DNA of 64,000 nucleotides from Candidatus Bathyarchaeota archaeon (lineage in GTDB: Archaea > Thermoproteota > Bathyarchaeia > Bathyarchaeales > Bathycorpusculaceae), in the NCBI GenBank assembly GCA_963702095.1, contig OY969706.1, positions 1,536,001-1,600,000 of the forward strand, read 5' to 3'. A program made the position numbers and the translations under genes. The notes below the pieces were generated by a model. That model had not been told where the DNA came from. It saw only the letters and a program-made list of their open reading frames with translations, and ran no database searches. The stretch's first letter is position 1, and each line of letters begins with the position of its first letter. Of the stretch, positions 33,852 to 43,701 are shown in pieces.

Positions 33852-34142
33852 TTAGAGAGTTGCGACGGCTGCTGCTTGAAGCGTGATTTTAACGATGTTT
33901 CTTTTTTCGAGTCTACGCAGTGCATCGAGACATTCGTCTTTCTTTTCACCGGTAATGTTGAGGTTCAACATTATCTCCTTAACGGATACGCCGGGTTTGC
34001 CAAAGCTTTCATGGCGCTTATAGAGGTGTTTGACAATGGATTTCTCGAGTTTTCCACATCGCCAAGTGGTGTTACGCATAAGAACAACTATAGTGTGGAC
34101 AAGGGTTTGCTCGTTTGATTTTCTTCCACGGGTTTCTCCCAT
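33852..34142 (-). CDS. Small winged-helix-like hypothetical protein
   Basis: IVKHL..VSVKEI..LDALRRLEKRNIV; ATG with GGTGG upstream. Confidence 0.6.
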   Translation of the reverse strand: MGETRGRKSNEQTLVHTIVVLMRNTTWRCGKLEKSIVKHLYKRHESFGKPGVSVKEIMLNLNITGEKKDECLDALRRLEKRNIVKITLQAAAVATL

Positions 34143-34223
34143 CTTCCCCCACCACCAGATTCTACGGCATCTATTGATTTAAACGTTTGTTCGATTGGAG
34201 AATACGGAGGCTGAGTTTAGGGT

Positions 34224-34670
34224 TTAGAGGGCTTTTTTTAGGTACAAGCCGTGTCTTTTGCCATAATACCGTTCCAGTTTACCCTGTGTTTGATAGCCCA
34301 GTTTATGGTAGAGTTTTATGGCGACGCTGTTGTCTTCGCGGACTTCTAATCGGCACTCCCTTATCCCCCGCTGCCGTAGCAAACTCTCAACTTCATTGAG
34401 CAGTTTTGAACCGATGCTTTTACGTCGGTAACTGAGAGCAACGTTTATGGTGATTATGTGCCCAAATTCAATGTCATCTGTTTCTATTTGAGCAATGATG
34501 AACCCGGCCACGTCAGTGTTGACTTTAGCAACAAAGGCGATTGTGTTGTAATCAGTTAACAAGTAGGCTATTTGTCGTCTAGTGAAGGCTTCTTCACTAA
34601 AGCATTGCTCCTCAATCCTGTACAATGTATCGAGGAGTCTAATATTAGCCGTTTCGATTTTAACATCCAT
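34224..34670 (-). CDS. rimI: RimI-like GNAT N-acetyltransferase
   Basis: GHIITINV..YRRKSIGSKLL, LEVREDN..AIKLY.KLGY, RYY. Confidence 0.88.
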   Translation of the reverse strand: MDVKIETANIRLLDTLYRIEEQCFSEEAFTRRQIAYLLTDYNTIAFVAKVNTDVAGFIIAQIETDDIEFGHIITINVALSYRRKSIGSKLLNEVESLLRQRGIRECRLEVREDNSVAIKLYHKLGYQTQGKLERYYGKRHGLYLKKAL

Positions 34671-34693
34671 AATTTAGGACTAAACTGTAGTTG

Positions 34694-35803
34694 TCAGGGT
34701 TTGTTTTTAGTTTTTTCCGTATCGGCAGTCGAGGCAAACGCGGGTTTCAACTCCAAATACTGCTGAGCTCCAAACCCTATGAAGAACCGCATCCACAGCG
34801 TTATAATCCTTATGAGTATGGTTGCAGTAGCGCTCAAAGCAGCTTCAACGCCCATAGCATAGTAGAGCGTAGTCATAACTGCCTCAGGCAACCCCACCTC
34901 AAAAGGTATCCCAATCGGTATAGCCTTAACCGCCAAAACAATCGAGTAAGTAATCAAAATAAGGCTCAACGGCACAGGATGCCCCAGCGAAACAAACACC
35001 AAATAAGGTATGCTTAAACTGAAAGCCCATGTTATGGTTAGATAGAAGAGGGAGGCAGCGACGGGTTTGGGGTTGTTGCGGAATTCTTTCATGGCGTCGT
35101 GGAAGTGAGCGGTAATTTCGATGGCTTCACCTTTGAGTTTATCGAGTTTCCACCTGCCAAACGTGATTGTTCGGGCAAACTTTATGGTCCAATCAATCAC
35201 CTTCATGGTCCACTGCTGCTTAAACGATAACACAAACATGAACGCTACAATCGCTGTGATGGCAACCGCGACAACAATGATCAGATTGAAAACCAATGGA
35301 GAAACTTGAGTGCCGAAGTAGAGGAATACAATGCCGACGATTAAGGCGACAACGTTCATAACCATACCCAAAATGCGGTGCATGTAGAGGGAAGCCACGG
35401 TTTTCCCAAAGGAACCGGCTTTGTCCCGTGTTACGAGGTAGGTGCGGGTTACTTCGCCGCCGATGGATTGTGCTGGAACAAGGGTGTCCACGTATAATCC
35501 ATACCAGACGTAGAGGTAGGCGCGGATGAGTCCGATTTTTATGGCTAAGAAATTTGTTAATTCACGCCATGATATGGTGAAGAAGAGGACTTCAAGCAAT
35601 CCGAAGACGATGGCGACAGAGTAGACGTAGGGGTTGGCGGTTGCGGCGGTGGCTAGGATGCCTAAGATGTCAACGTTGAAGAGGTAGATGTAGAGGAAAA
35701 ACCCTACTAAACCCAGTAGTGGAAAAACAACGGTTTTCCAAGTGAACTTTAGTTTAGGAGGCTCCATATCTACCAGCGTGAACATGCAGGTGGAGAACTG
35801 CAA
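34694..35803 (-). CDS. UPF0104 / lysylphosphatidylglycerol-synthase-like TM protein (flippase-like)
   Basis: Multiple TM helices, VPAQSIGGEVTR, GLPEA, RIITLW. Confidence 0.82.
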   Translation of the reverse strand: MQFSTCMFTLVDMEPPKLKFTWKTVVFPLLGLVGFFLYIYLFNVDILGILATAATANPYVYSVAIVFGLLEVLFFTISWRELTNFLAIKIGLIRAYLYVWYGLYVDTLVPAQSIGGEVTRTYLVTRDKAGSFGKTVASLYMHRILGMVMNVVALIVGIVFLYFGTQVSPLVFNLIIVVAVAITAIVAFMFVLSFKQQWTMKVIDWTIKFARTITFGRWKLDKLKGEAIEITAHFHDAMKEFRNNPKPVAASLFYLTITWAFSLSIPYLVFVSLGHPVPLSLILITYSIVLAVKAIPIGIPFEVGLPEAVMTTLYYAMGVEAALSATATILIRIITLWMRFFIGFGAQQYLELKPAFASTADTEKTKNKP

Positions 35804-35871
35804 TTATATACTTTATCCAAATCTGGGTTTAGCTCAACAGCCAGTCTTTTTCTTAGCGTTTGCCTACTCAA

Positions 35872-36378
35872 TTATACGATGTATTTGCCTGTTTTTTCGA
35901 AGTCATGCACTATTTCCATGACCCGTTTAGGCGTATTTAATGAACCCAGCGGGAGGTCTTTTAGCAGAACCCACGGCGACTTCTTAGCAAGCACAGTGGC
36001 AACGTGTCCTTCGCCGAAGCTTTTACGGGCAACCTCAACCACTTCCCGCCTCACCCCTACCTCAGACATTTCGCCGAGTGCATGTAGATATTCATGGAGC
36101 AGCAGGTTGTAGACTAAGGCGTTGACGGTGGGTCTATCGGTGACCGACGCCTCCACCACATCTACCAATGCACGGTTGAGCACTATGTTGTTGGTTCCCA
36201 CAGGGTAGTAGGCGCCTAGTTGCAGCGGCAAATCGTCGAGGAACAGCATCATGCTGTTGCGGCGTTTACCAACTGCGTATTGGGCGGTTTCCTGTACGAT
36301 TGTCCATACCTCAGCGTAGTTTTTGGCTTTGTCTAAGCTGTCGCTGAAGCGTTCAATGTTAGAGTTGTCAATGCTCAA
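35872..36378 (-). CDS. Conserved hypothetical protein with HExxH metallopeptidase-like motif
   Basis: LGAYYPVGTNNIVLN, LLHEYLHALG; TTG start at 36378 after AGAGGGG. Confidence 0.72.
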   Translation of the reverse strand: MSIDNSNIERFSDSLDKAKNYAEVWTIVQETAQYAVGKRRNSMMLFLDDLPLQLGAYYPVGTNNIVLNRALVDVVEASVTDRPTVNALVYNLLLHEYLHALGEMSEVGVRREVVEVARKSFGEGHVATVLAKKSPWVLLKDLPLGSLNTPKRVMEIVHDFEKTGKYIV

Positions 36379-36504
36379 AACATCGTCCCCTCTACTTTTA
36401 CAACGATCATTTCGTGCCTTTAAGGGTTGCACCCATTGTGATGGAAAATAAACGTAAAATTGATAAAGAACAACACCACTGAAATAGCGATAAGGCGAAA
36501 AAAT

Positions 36505-36924
36505 ATGGCAAACGATGTTACCGTTAAAGACATCATGCAAAAAGATGTTAAAACCGTAGAAAACAACACCGTCTTGAAAGACGTAATCTCTTTAATGACT
36601 AAAAACGACAAAGACGCAATTTTCGTTGTCCAGAGCGGCAAACCGACAGGCATCATCACAACAAGAGACTTAGTTGTCCGCGCAATGGAAGCTGAAGTGC
36701 CAATCAAAACCATCATCGCAAGAATGGTTTACACAAACCCCCTTGTCGTCATTGACCAAGGCGCATCCCTCAAAGAAGCGGCTGAACTCATGAAGCACTG
36801 GAATATAAAGCACTTACCAGCAGTTGACAAAAACGGTGCACTCGTCGGCTTGATCGATGCAATGCAAATCGTCCAAGCAGACCCCAAACTGATCCCCATA
36901 ATGGATTATGCCCGCCGAAAGTAA
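36505..36924 (+). CDS. CBS-domain protein
   Basis: VKDIM, GIITTRDL, IKHLPAVD..LVGLI. Confidence 0.88.
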   Translation: MANDVTVKDIMQKDVKTVENNTVLKDVISLMTKNDKDAIFVVQSGKPTGIITTRDLVVRAMEAEVPIKTIIARMVYTNPLVVIDQGASLKEAAELMKHWNIKHLPAVDKNGALVGLIDAMQIVQADPKLIPIMDYARRK

Positions 36925-37005
36925 TTTCGGCTCAACACTTTATTTTTTGAAAATCCAATACACTTTTTCAAAATATCTTAAGATAAAAATAAGTTGTAAG
37001 CAGTT

Positions 37006-37308
37006 TTACTGCTTGCCGGTCTCTTTTGCCCATGCCTCTTTAGCTGCTTTGGCTATAGCTTCAATGTTTGGCTGGGTATTCAAATCGTATAAAACACCTT
37101 TAACAAGCTCGTTGTTTATGATTAGCGCGATTTCGCCGGGTCGAAGTGGCTCGGGTCTCGTTGATTGAAAAACGCGAAGTGCGCGTAGAGCAAATTTGAC
37201 GAGTACATTGTTAAGTTCTGCTTGAAGTTGACCTAATTCGTCTTTTGCCTCAACCATTTTCTTGCTGTAAGCGTCTGAATCTCTTTCTCCAGTAGGTTCC
37301 ATTCCCAT
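37006..37308 (-). CDS. Hypothetical protein
   Basis: 100-aa helical ATG ORF, AGGA upstream. Confidence 0.7.
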   Translation of the reverse strand: MGMEPTGERDSDAYSKKMVEAKDELGQLQAELNNVLVKFALRALRVFQSTRPEPLRPGEIALIINNELVKGVLYDLNTQPNIEAIAKAAKEAWAKETGKQ

Positions 37309-37404
37309 TTTACATCGGTCCTTTAGGGAGTCATGTCAACGGCTCATTATAGCTTTTACTGAAAAAAGACGCTTCTGTGTTTAGCAGTGTATCAAGGGGT
37401 TGTT

Positions 37405-37584
37405 GTTTTTGTCTCTTTATGTGGGTGTGGTGGTTTGTGGGGTGCCACAAGACTGTAACTGGAGGCGGTTGTGTTTTGTGGTTTCGTTGTTTTTCTTTGT
37501 CTGTTTCGGTGTGGAAAAAGCGTTTTTCTCCACACGCGGTACATGGCTCCATGGAGAGGCGCACTGGATGTGTGTGAAAGCATG
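37405..37584 (-). repeat. Dispersed structured repeat family A, copy 2
   Basis: Reverse complement aligns with 32113-32290 and with the reverse complement of 54372-54552. Confidence 0.9.
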
Positions 37585-37853
37585 TATCGACTACTTTTTT
37601 AGCGTCAAAGCAGTGAACGGCAACGACAGCGCAATGCAATCGGGCACAAGCATAACATATTCCTTTGAACGCCACTAACAAATCGGTCGTGTACTGCGTT
37701 GTGGATATGGGCAGACGACGGGACAGTCATAGGAGCACAGGTACACCTACCCCATGAATTTCCTGAGGAAGGGAGAAACCTCTTGACCTGATGTGATTTT
37801 AGGTAAAAAGAAATAAGTAAAAAAAGAAAAAGTTGCTTCAACAGATGGGAAGT

Positions 37854-38429
37854 TTAGTATCTTGGTCTGTAACCGCCGCCACCGCGTCGGTCGCCGCCTC
37901 GACGATCGCCACCGTAGCCTCCACCGCCGCCGCCACGTCGGTCTCTTCCACCGTAGCCTCCACCGCCGCCATAGCCGCCGCCACCGCGTCGGTCGCCGCC
38001 GCCTCTATAGGGGCGTCTTTCCTGCTCATAGGCTTTGCTGGACACGTTGTTTTCTGTGTTAACTTCTGCTTCTAGCGGTGCCTGTGCTTGTTCGAGTTTG
38101 CCGTATTTGCCGATGTTTAAGCGGATGTTGCCTTTGAAGAGGGTTACATATCCGTTTTCGACGCGCACTGTGTCTCCATCGTTGACTTTCTCGATGTTGT
38201 CGTCCCAGAGTGTTAGGTAGACAACGCCGGTTTCGTCGCCGACGAGTGCGTCACTTACTTTGTGCGGAGAGCCATCTCTGCCCATTGGGATTTCACGTAT
38301 TTCAGTTTTGGATACTACTTTGGCCGTGACATTAACTGCTTTAGATTGCGGGGTTAAGTCGCCGACTTTAGCTTCTACTGGTTCTTTTTTGTTTTCGAAA
38401 AAACCTTCTACAGCCAATTGATTCAACAC
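37854..38429 (-). CDS. ssb: Single-OB-fold (crenarchaeal-type) ssDNA-binding protein with RGG-rich tail
   Basis: KVGDL, VNVTAKV, VGDETG...LTLWD, VENGYV..FKG..RLNIGKYG; Gly/Arg tail. Confidence 0.9.
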   Translation of the reverse strand: MLNQLAVEGFFENKKEPVEAKVGDLTPQSKAVNVTAKVVSKTEIREIPMGRDGSPHKVSDALVGDETGVVYLTLWDDNIEKVNDGDTVRVENGYVTLFKGNIRLNIGKYGKLEQAQAPLEAEVNTENNVSSKAYEQERRPYRGGGDRRGGGGYGGGGGYGGRDRRGGGGGGYGGDRRGGDRRGGGGYRPRY

Positions 38430-38525
38430 CTATATTGTGGTCTGAGACACATCTTAGATTTCTCTGCACTTAAGTGTTTCGCTTCGTGGTTTTTGGTGTT
38501 TTAACGCTGAGCATATAAGGAAGAC

Positions 38526-39458
38526 ATGCCATTCTGGGTTTATATGGATAAAAAAGCCCTAATTATCGCTGTAGTCATCGTCGCTGTTTTGGTTGCAGGC
38601 GCAGTTTCCATCGTTATCACGAACCAGCCAAAGAGCCCTCAACAAACGCCTACCCCGACGCCCACGCCAACTGCAGAACCCACAGCAAACCCTACCGCAA
38701 CCCCCACCGAAACACAAACCGCAACGCCAAACCCAACCCCTACTCCGACCCCCACGACCAGCGCCTCACAGTACACATACACTATCGTGAAAACTTATCC
38801 CCATGACACCTCCGCCTTCACGGAAGGCTTAGTGTATGATAACGGGACCTTGTTTGAGAGTACAGGCGGTTGGGGCAACTCAAGTCTGCGCCGAGTCGAC
38901 TTGGAAACTGGGCATGTGCTTCAGCAAACCAACTTGTCCTCTGAGTTTTTCGGTGAAGGCTTAGCGGTCGTGGGCGATTCACTAGTTCAGTTGACTTGGC
39001 AGAGTAAAGTGGGATTTGTCTTTGACAAAGAAACCTTTGATGTGGAGGGCAACTTTACTTATCAAACTGAGGGTTGGGGATTAACCTACGACGGCACACA
39101 CCTCATCATGAGCGACGGCAGCGCAACCCTCTACTTCCTCGACCCCGCAACCCACCAGAAAACAGGCGAAGTCACCGTCACAGACGGCGGCACACAAGTC
39201 GCCAACCTCAATGAACTCGAATACGTCAACGGCGACGTCTACGCCAACGTTTGGATGCAGCAGAAAATCGCCATAATCAACCCCCAAACAGGACAGGTCA
39301 AAGGCTGGATAGATTTAACGGGCATCTACCAAACTCCAAGCGGCAACCCGGATGCAGTACTAAATGGCATAGCATATGACAAAGCCGGCGACAGGCTTTT
39401 TGTAACGGGAAAAGACTGGTCCAACCTCTACCAGATAAAAATCAACCCTATTGGTTAG
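38526..39458 (+). CDS. Membrane-anchored glutaminyl-peptide cyclotransferase (beta-propeller type)
   Basis: N-terminal TM, PT linker, YPHD..AFTEGL, ESTG, FGEGL, QLTW, EGWGL, LNELE, VLNGIA, VTGKDW. Confidence 0.9.
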   Translation: MPFWVYMDKKALIIAVVIVAVLVAGAVSIVITNQPKSPQQTPTPTPTPTAEPTANPTATPTETQTATPNPTPTPTPTTSASQYTYTIVKTYPHDTSAFTEGLVYDNGTLFESTGGWGNSSLRRVDLETGHVLQQTNLSSEFFGEGLAVVGDSLVQLTWQSKVGFVFDKETFDVEGNFTYQTEGWGLTYDGTHLIMSDGSATLYFLDPATHQKTGEVTVTDGGTQVANLNELEYVNGDVYANVWMQQKIAIINPQTGQVKGWIDLTGIYQTPSGNPDAVLNGIAYDKAGDRLFVTGKDWSNLYQIKINPIG

Positions 39459-39525
39459 CGGTAAATCCCTCAAAATGAACCGTTATTTACAAACGAAAAT
39501 AGTCAGAAGAAAAAATAGAAAAGAG

Positions 39526-40203
39526 TTAGATTCTTAGGTTGATTTTTTCGGTGTAGGGTTCAATTATCTTTGCCAATTCACCGATTTTCTCAGGGGCATA
39601 AGGCTTCATTGTTCGGTAGCGTTTGTCCAGTGAGTCTTCGGGGACGAATTGCTGCAGAGTGTAGGTTTTGGTGCCTTTTATCATTTCACCGATTGCATGT
39701 GCATCCTGCTCTGTTAGGAGTTCGGGGACGACGGTTGTGCGGAATTCGTAGGGAACATTGCCTTTTTTGAGCAGCTCCATTGACTTCATCAGTGAGGCGG
39801 TGTCGACGGCGCCTAGCAGCTCGTATTTTTCGCGGCAGGTCTTCACATCCATAGCCACGTAATCCACATAGGGCAGGCATTCTTCGAGGACAGCGGGGAA
39901 GAAGCCATTGGTGTCCAACTTGACGTTGAAGCCGCGCTCTTTTAGTTTAGCGAGGAACCTTGGCAGTTCCTTGTGCATGCAGGGTTCGCCGCCGGTTACG
40001 ACGACGGCGTCGACGTATTTTTTGCGGTTCTCCAAAATCTCCAGTGCAGCGCCTTCTTGGAGAAAAGGAGGTTGCGGGTCGACGGCGATTTTGTAGTTGT
40101 GGCAGAACGGACAACGCAGGTTGCAGCCGGGGGTAAATAGCACAGAGGCTACTTTATCGGGGTAATCCAGTAGACTTGTCTTCTGTAAACCGCTAAACTT
40201 CAT
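39526..40203 (-). CDS. nrdG: Anaerobic RNR activating radical SAM protein
   Basis: GCNLRCPFCHN, VTGGEP, KLDTNG; directly downstream of nrdD. Confidence 0.92.
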   Translation of the reverse strand: MKFSGLQKTSLLDYPDKVASVLFTPGCNLRCPFCHNYKIAVDPQPPFLQEGAALEILENRKKYVDAVVVTGGEPCMHKELPRFLAKLKERGFNVKLDTNGFFPAVLEECLPYVDYVAMDVKTCREKYELLGAVDTASLMKSMELLKKGNVPYEFRTTVVPELLTEQDAHAIGEMIKGTKTYTLQQFVPEDSLDKRYRTMKPYAPEKIGELAKIIEPYTEKINLRI

Positions 40204-40218
40204 CTTTGCATGTTCACC

Positions 40219-42345
40219 TTAAACTGTCAGGGGCGCTGACGCCAAGACGGCAGAGCGGTCGAATGTTTTGCGTATGCCGAATTCAGCTTGTTTGCCGTCA
40301 TTCCATTGGTCCACTGGGCGGAGGTAACCGACGACGCGGCTGTAGACCTCGCAGGCTGCGCCGCAGATGGGGCAGTGTTTACGTTCACCAGTTGTGTACC
40401 CGTGTGTTGGGCAGATGCTGAAGGTTGGTGTCAAAGTGAAGTAGGGTAGCTTTGAGTTCCAAGAGACTTTTTTGATGAGTTCAGCTGCGGATTTCCAAGA
40501 GGGCAGACGTTCGCCTAGGAATATGTGGAAGTTGGTGCCGCCTGTGTAGAGGGTCTGCAGAGATTCTTGGTGCTCCAACGCTTCAAAGAGGTCACCTGCG
40601 AAATCCACTGGCAACTGTGATGAGTTAGTGTAGAATGGTTCAGCGTGTTCGGCGACGATGTGTTTCTGGTTGGCGAAGACGATGTCGCGGTACCGTTTCC
40701 TATCGATGCGGGCTAAACGGTAGGCGGTGCCTTCTGCGGGTGTGGCTTCGAGGTTGTATATGTTACCTGTTTCTTCTTGGTATTCGGTTATGCGTTTCCG
40801 CATAAATTCGAGTGTTTTTATTGCGAAGGCTTGCCCATCTTTGGTGGCAATGTTTTGGCCAAGCAAGTTGATGATTGCTTCGTTGACGCCGACGATGCCG
40901 ATGGTTGAGAAGTGATTCTTCCAGAATCTGTCAAAGCGCTCTTTTACTTCGTGCAGATAACGTTTGGAATATGGGTATAATCCGTTGTCAGTGAAGCCTT
41001 CGAGCACTTTGCGTTTAATTTCCAAGCTTGATTTAGCCACATCCATGATGTCGGATAATTTTTCGAAGAATTCATCCTCGTCTTTTGAGAGGTAACCGAT
41101 TCGTGGAACGTTTAGTGTAACTACGCCGATGCTGCCCGTTAAGGGGTTTGCGCCAAAGAAGCCACCGCCTCGTTTTCGGAGTTCGCGGTTGTCTATGCGC
41201 AGTCTGCAACACATGCTGCGTACGTCTTCGGGTTTTAGATCACTGTTGACGAAATTGCTAAAGTTTGGAACACCATATTTGGCGGTTACTTCAAAGACTG
41301 CTTGTGATACGGCTGAGTCCCAGTCGAAGTCTTTGGTGATGTTGTAGGTTGGGATGGGGAAGGTGAAGACTCTGCCTTTTGAGTCGCCTTGCGCCATGAC
41401 TTTTGCGAATGCGAGGTTGAACATCTCCATCTCTTTAGTCATGTCGCCGTAAGTGTCCTGTGTGATTGTGCCGTTGTATATGACTCCTTCGTCCTTCATG
41501 AAGCGGGGTACTGTGAGGTCTAGAGTTAGGTTGGTGAAGGGTGTTTGGAAGCCGACACGTGTGGGTACGTTCATGTTGAAGAAGAATTCCTGTAACGTCT
41601 GTTCAACATCCTTCTGTTCAAGGTGGTCATATCGTATGAAGGGTGCTAAGTAAGTGTCAAAGTTGCTGAATGCCTGTGCACCTGCCGCTTCGCCCTGCAG
41701 GGTGTAGAAGAAGTTGACTACCTGACCTAAAGCGGTTCGGAAGTGTTTAGCGGGTTTGCTCTCGATTTTGCCATGCACCCCACCGAAGCCTGACAGCAAG
41801 AGGCTGTTGACGTCCCAGCCGACGCAGTACGGGCCCAAGACGCCTAAGTCGTGAATGTGCATGTCGCCTGAGAAGTGGGCTGCGGCTACGTGTTCTGGGT
41901 AGATGCGGGCGATCCAGTACTTGGCAATTACCGTGGACGAGAGATAGTTGTTTAAGCCCTGAAGGGAGTAGCTCATGTTGCTGTTTTCTTTGACGCGCCA
42001 GTCCTCTACCTCAAGGTACTGGTCCACCATGTCTGAAGAACTCAGCAGCGCCGCTAACTCGCGCATGTCAGTGTGTTGTTTACGGTAGAGGATGTAGGCT
42101 TTGGCAGTTTGGGCGTGACCGTTCTCGATTAAGCGCTTCTCAACGACGTCTTGGATTTCCTCGACTGTTGGGACGCCGTCGTCGCCGTAGGCTTTCTGTA
42201 GGTCAGCAACGACTGCGTCACTGATGTGTTTAGCCTGCGCTTTATCTCTGCCACCGACTGATTTGACAGCTTTCCAAATGGCAATTGTTATGCGTTCCTG
42301 ATCGAAGGGTTCTAATTTACTATCACGTTTAAGTACAAACTTCAT
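40219..42345 (-). CDS. nrdD: Anaerobic (class III) ribonucleoside-triphosphate reductase
   Basis: ATP cone, HIHDL, PYCVG, SMCCRL, EATPAEG, CPTH/CPIC, YSRVVGYL glycyl-radical motif. Confidence 0.95.
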   Translation of the reverse strand: MKFVLKRDSKLEPFDQERITIAIWKAVKSVGGRDKAQAKHISDAVVADLQKAYGDDGVPTVEEIQDVVEKRLIENGHAQTAKAYILYRKQHTDMRELAALLSSSDMVDQYLEVEDWRVKENSNMSYSLQGLNNYLSSTVIAKYWIARIYPEHVAAAHFSGDMHIHDLGVLGPYCVGWDVNSLLLSGFGGVHGKIESKPAKHFRTALGQVVNFFYTLQGEAAGAQAFSNFDTYLAPFIRYDHLEQKDVEQTLQEFFFNMNVPTRVGFQTPFTNLTLDLTVPRFMKDEGVIYNGTITQDTYGDMTKEMEMFNLAFAKVMAQGDSKGRVFTFPIPTYNITKDFDWDSAVSQAVFEVTAKYGVPNFSNFVNSDLKPEDVRSMCCRLRIDNRELRKRGGGFFGANPLTGSIGVVTLNVPRIGYLSKDEDEFFEKLSDIMDVAKSSLEIKRKVLEGFTDNGLYPYSKRYLHEVKERFDRFWKNHFSTIGIVGVNEAIINLLGQNIATKDGQAFAIKTLEFMRKRITEYQEETGNIYNLEATPAEGTAYRLARIDRKRYRDIVFANQKHIVAEHAEPFYTNSSQLPVDFAGDLFEALEHQESLQTLYTGGTNFHIFLGERLPSWKSAAELIKKVSWNSKLPYFTLTPTFSICPTHGYTTGERKHCPICGAACEVYSRVVGYLRPVDQWNDGKQAEFGIRKTFDRSAVLASAPLTV

Positions 42346-42791
42346 TGTTTCTTCACTTCTGAGATTACTTTCCTGAAATCTTCAGGCTCTTCAAACTGTT
42401 TGTAAACTGAAGCAAAGCGTATGTAGGCGATGCGGTCCAAGGTTTTGAGCCGTTTCATGATGGAGTCGCCGATGTCTCTGGACGCAACTTCCTCGGTGCC
42501 TCTAAGCATAAGGTCTTGGCGGACTTGTTCGGCTAACGCGTTGATTTGACTCATGGTTACGGGGCGTTTTTCGCAGGCTTTCTGGAGTCCACTTAAGATT
42601 TTGTTGACATCGAAGCGTTGGAGTTGCCCGTCTTTTTTTCGTACCATGAACTCGATGGTTTCGAGGTATTCGTAGGTGGTGTAGCGTTTGCCGCATTTGA
42701 TGCATTCTCTGCGTCGGCGCGTGGTGTTCTCTGGGGAATCGCGTGTTTCGAGGGTTTTGGATTCTTCAGAGTTGCAGTAGGGACATCTCAT
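42342..42791 (-). CDS. nrdR: Transcriptional repressor NrdR
   Basis: MRCPYC, RRRRECIKCGKRYTTYE, ATP cone, AYIRFASVY. Confidence 0.95.
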   Translation of the reverse strand: MRCPYCNSEESKTLETRDSPENTTRRRRECIKCGKRYTTYEYLETIEFMVRKKDGQLQRFDVNKILSGLQKACEKRPVTMSQINALAEQVRQDLMLRGTEEVASRDIGDSIMKRLKTLDRIAYIRFASVYKQFEEPEDFRKVISEVKKQ

Positions 42792-42813
42792 AGTTATACA
42801 TGCTCATGCCGTG

Positions 42814-42861
42814 TTATTATGCATAGTGTTACAAAGATATTCAGTACACTACATTTAGCGC
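42814..42861. promoter_or_regulatory. Tandem NrdR boxes
   Basis: ACACTACATTTAGCGC (42846-42861) and TTATTATGCATAGTGT (42814-42829) resemble acaCwAtATaTwGtgt; starts 32 bp apart; next to a TATA-like TTAAATA on the minus strand (~42863-42869). Confidence 0.7.
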
Positions 42862-43115
42862 ATATTTAATGATTTTTTACACATAAACCTCAAACAACCA
42901 CACAACCGCCCAAACGACACCATAAAAAATGCACAAAAAAAACAACAATTAAAAACCCAGAAAAAACCCCAAATCAAAAAAACAGCCCTATTCACGTAAA
43001 TACCTACCCATGTTAAGTTTTGCGCAAACAATATAATCAAAAAACCCCCAACACCCCTAATACCGCCAAAAAACGGCGTCCAAACCCAAAAAAAACGCCG
43101 AAAAAGTGATGGAAA

Positions 43116-43475
43116 ATGAACCCAAAAATCATCCAAGCCCAAACACCCCACCAATACCTGACTCCTGAGAGATGCTATATAGCTGAAAACCACAGCGATC
43201 CCGCAGTCTCCATAGCACGCGCAACCGTCAAACCCGGAGTAACCACCAAAGCGCACCACCTCATCGACACACAGGAAATCTACATCATAACCAGCGGGGA
43301 AGCCCTCGTCACAGTCGGCGATTTAGAACCCGCCCAAGTCGGCGTCGGAGACGTCGTCGTAATACCGCCATTGATCTCTCAGAAAATCACCAACACCGGC
43401 AAAACCGACCTGGTGTTCTACTGTGTCTGTACACCCAGGTTCACAGAAGCCTGCTACGTCAACGAGGAGCCCTGA
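43116..43475 (+). CDS. Cupin-domain protein
   Basis: VKPG.TTKAHH...EIYII.SG, GDVVVIPP. Confidence 0.88.
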   Translation: MNPKIIQAQTPHQYLTPERCYIAENHSDPAVSIARATVKPGVTTKAHHLIDTQEIYIITSGEALVTVGDLEPAQVGVGDVVVIPPLISQKITNTGKTDLVFYCVCTPRFTEACYVNEEP

Positions 43476-43701
43476 CATGCATCGACTCTGGAAATAGGGG
43501 TTAATAAGCTAATTTAACGATAGGTACTTTGAGGAGAAAGATAAGGAGAAACCGAGGAGAAAGGAGAGGCTTCTCACAACTCTCTTTCTAGTTTGTTTTA
43601 GGGTTAATCATTCAAGGCTTAAACTGCTTCGGAATCGACCATGTAAAACGTTATATGGCGTAAACTCTAATAAAGGGTAAAGGTTGTATGGGGTAACTTA
43701 G

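Noticed and set aside
38640-38765. CCCAC/CCAAC-rich repeats
   Set aside because: Encode an ordinary Pro-Thr linker in the glutaminyl cyclase
42855-43259. 134-aa Phe/Gly/Cys-rich ORF (likewise 50517-50883)
   Set aside because: Artefact of low-complexity, strand-skewed DNA; overlaps the cupin gene
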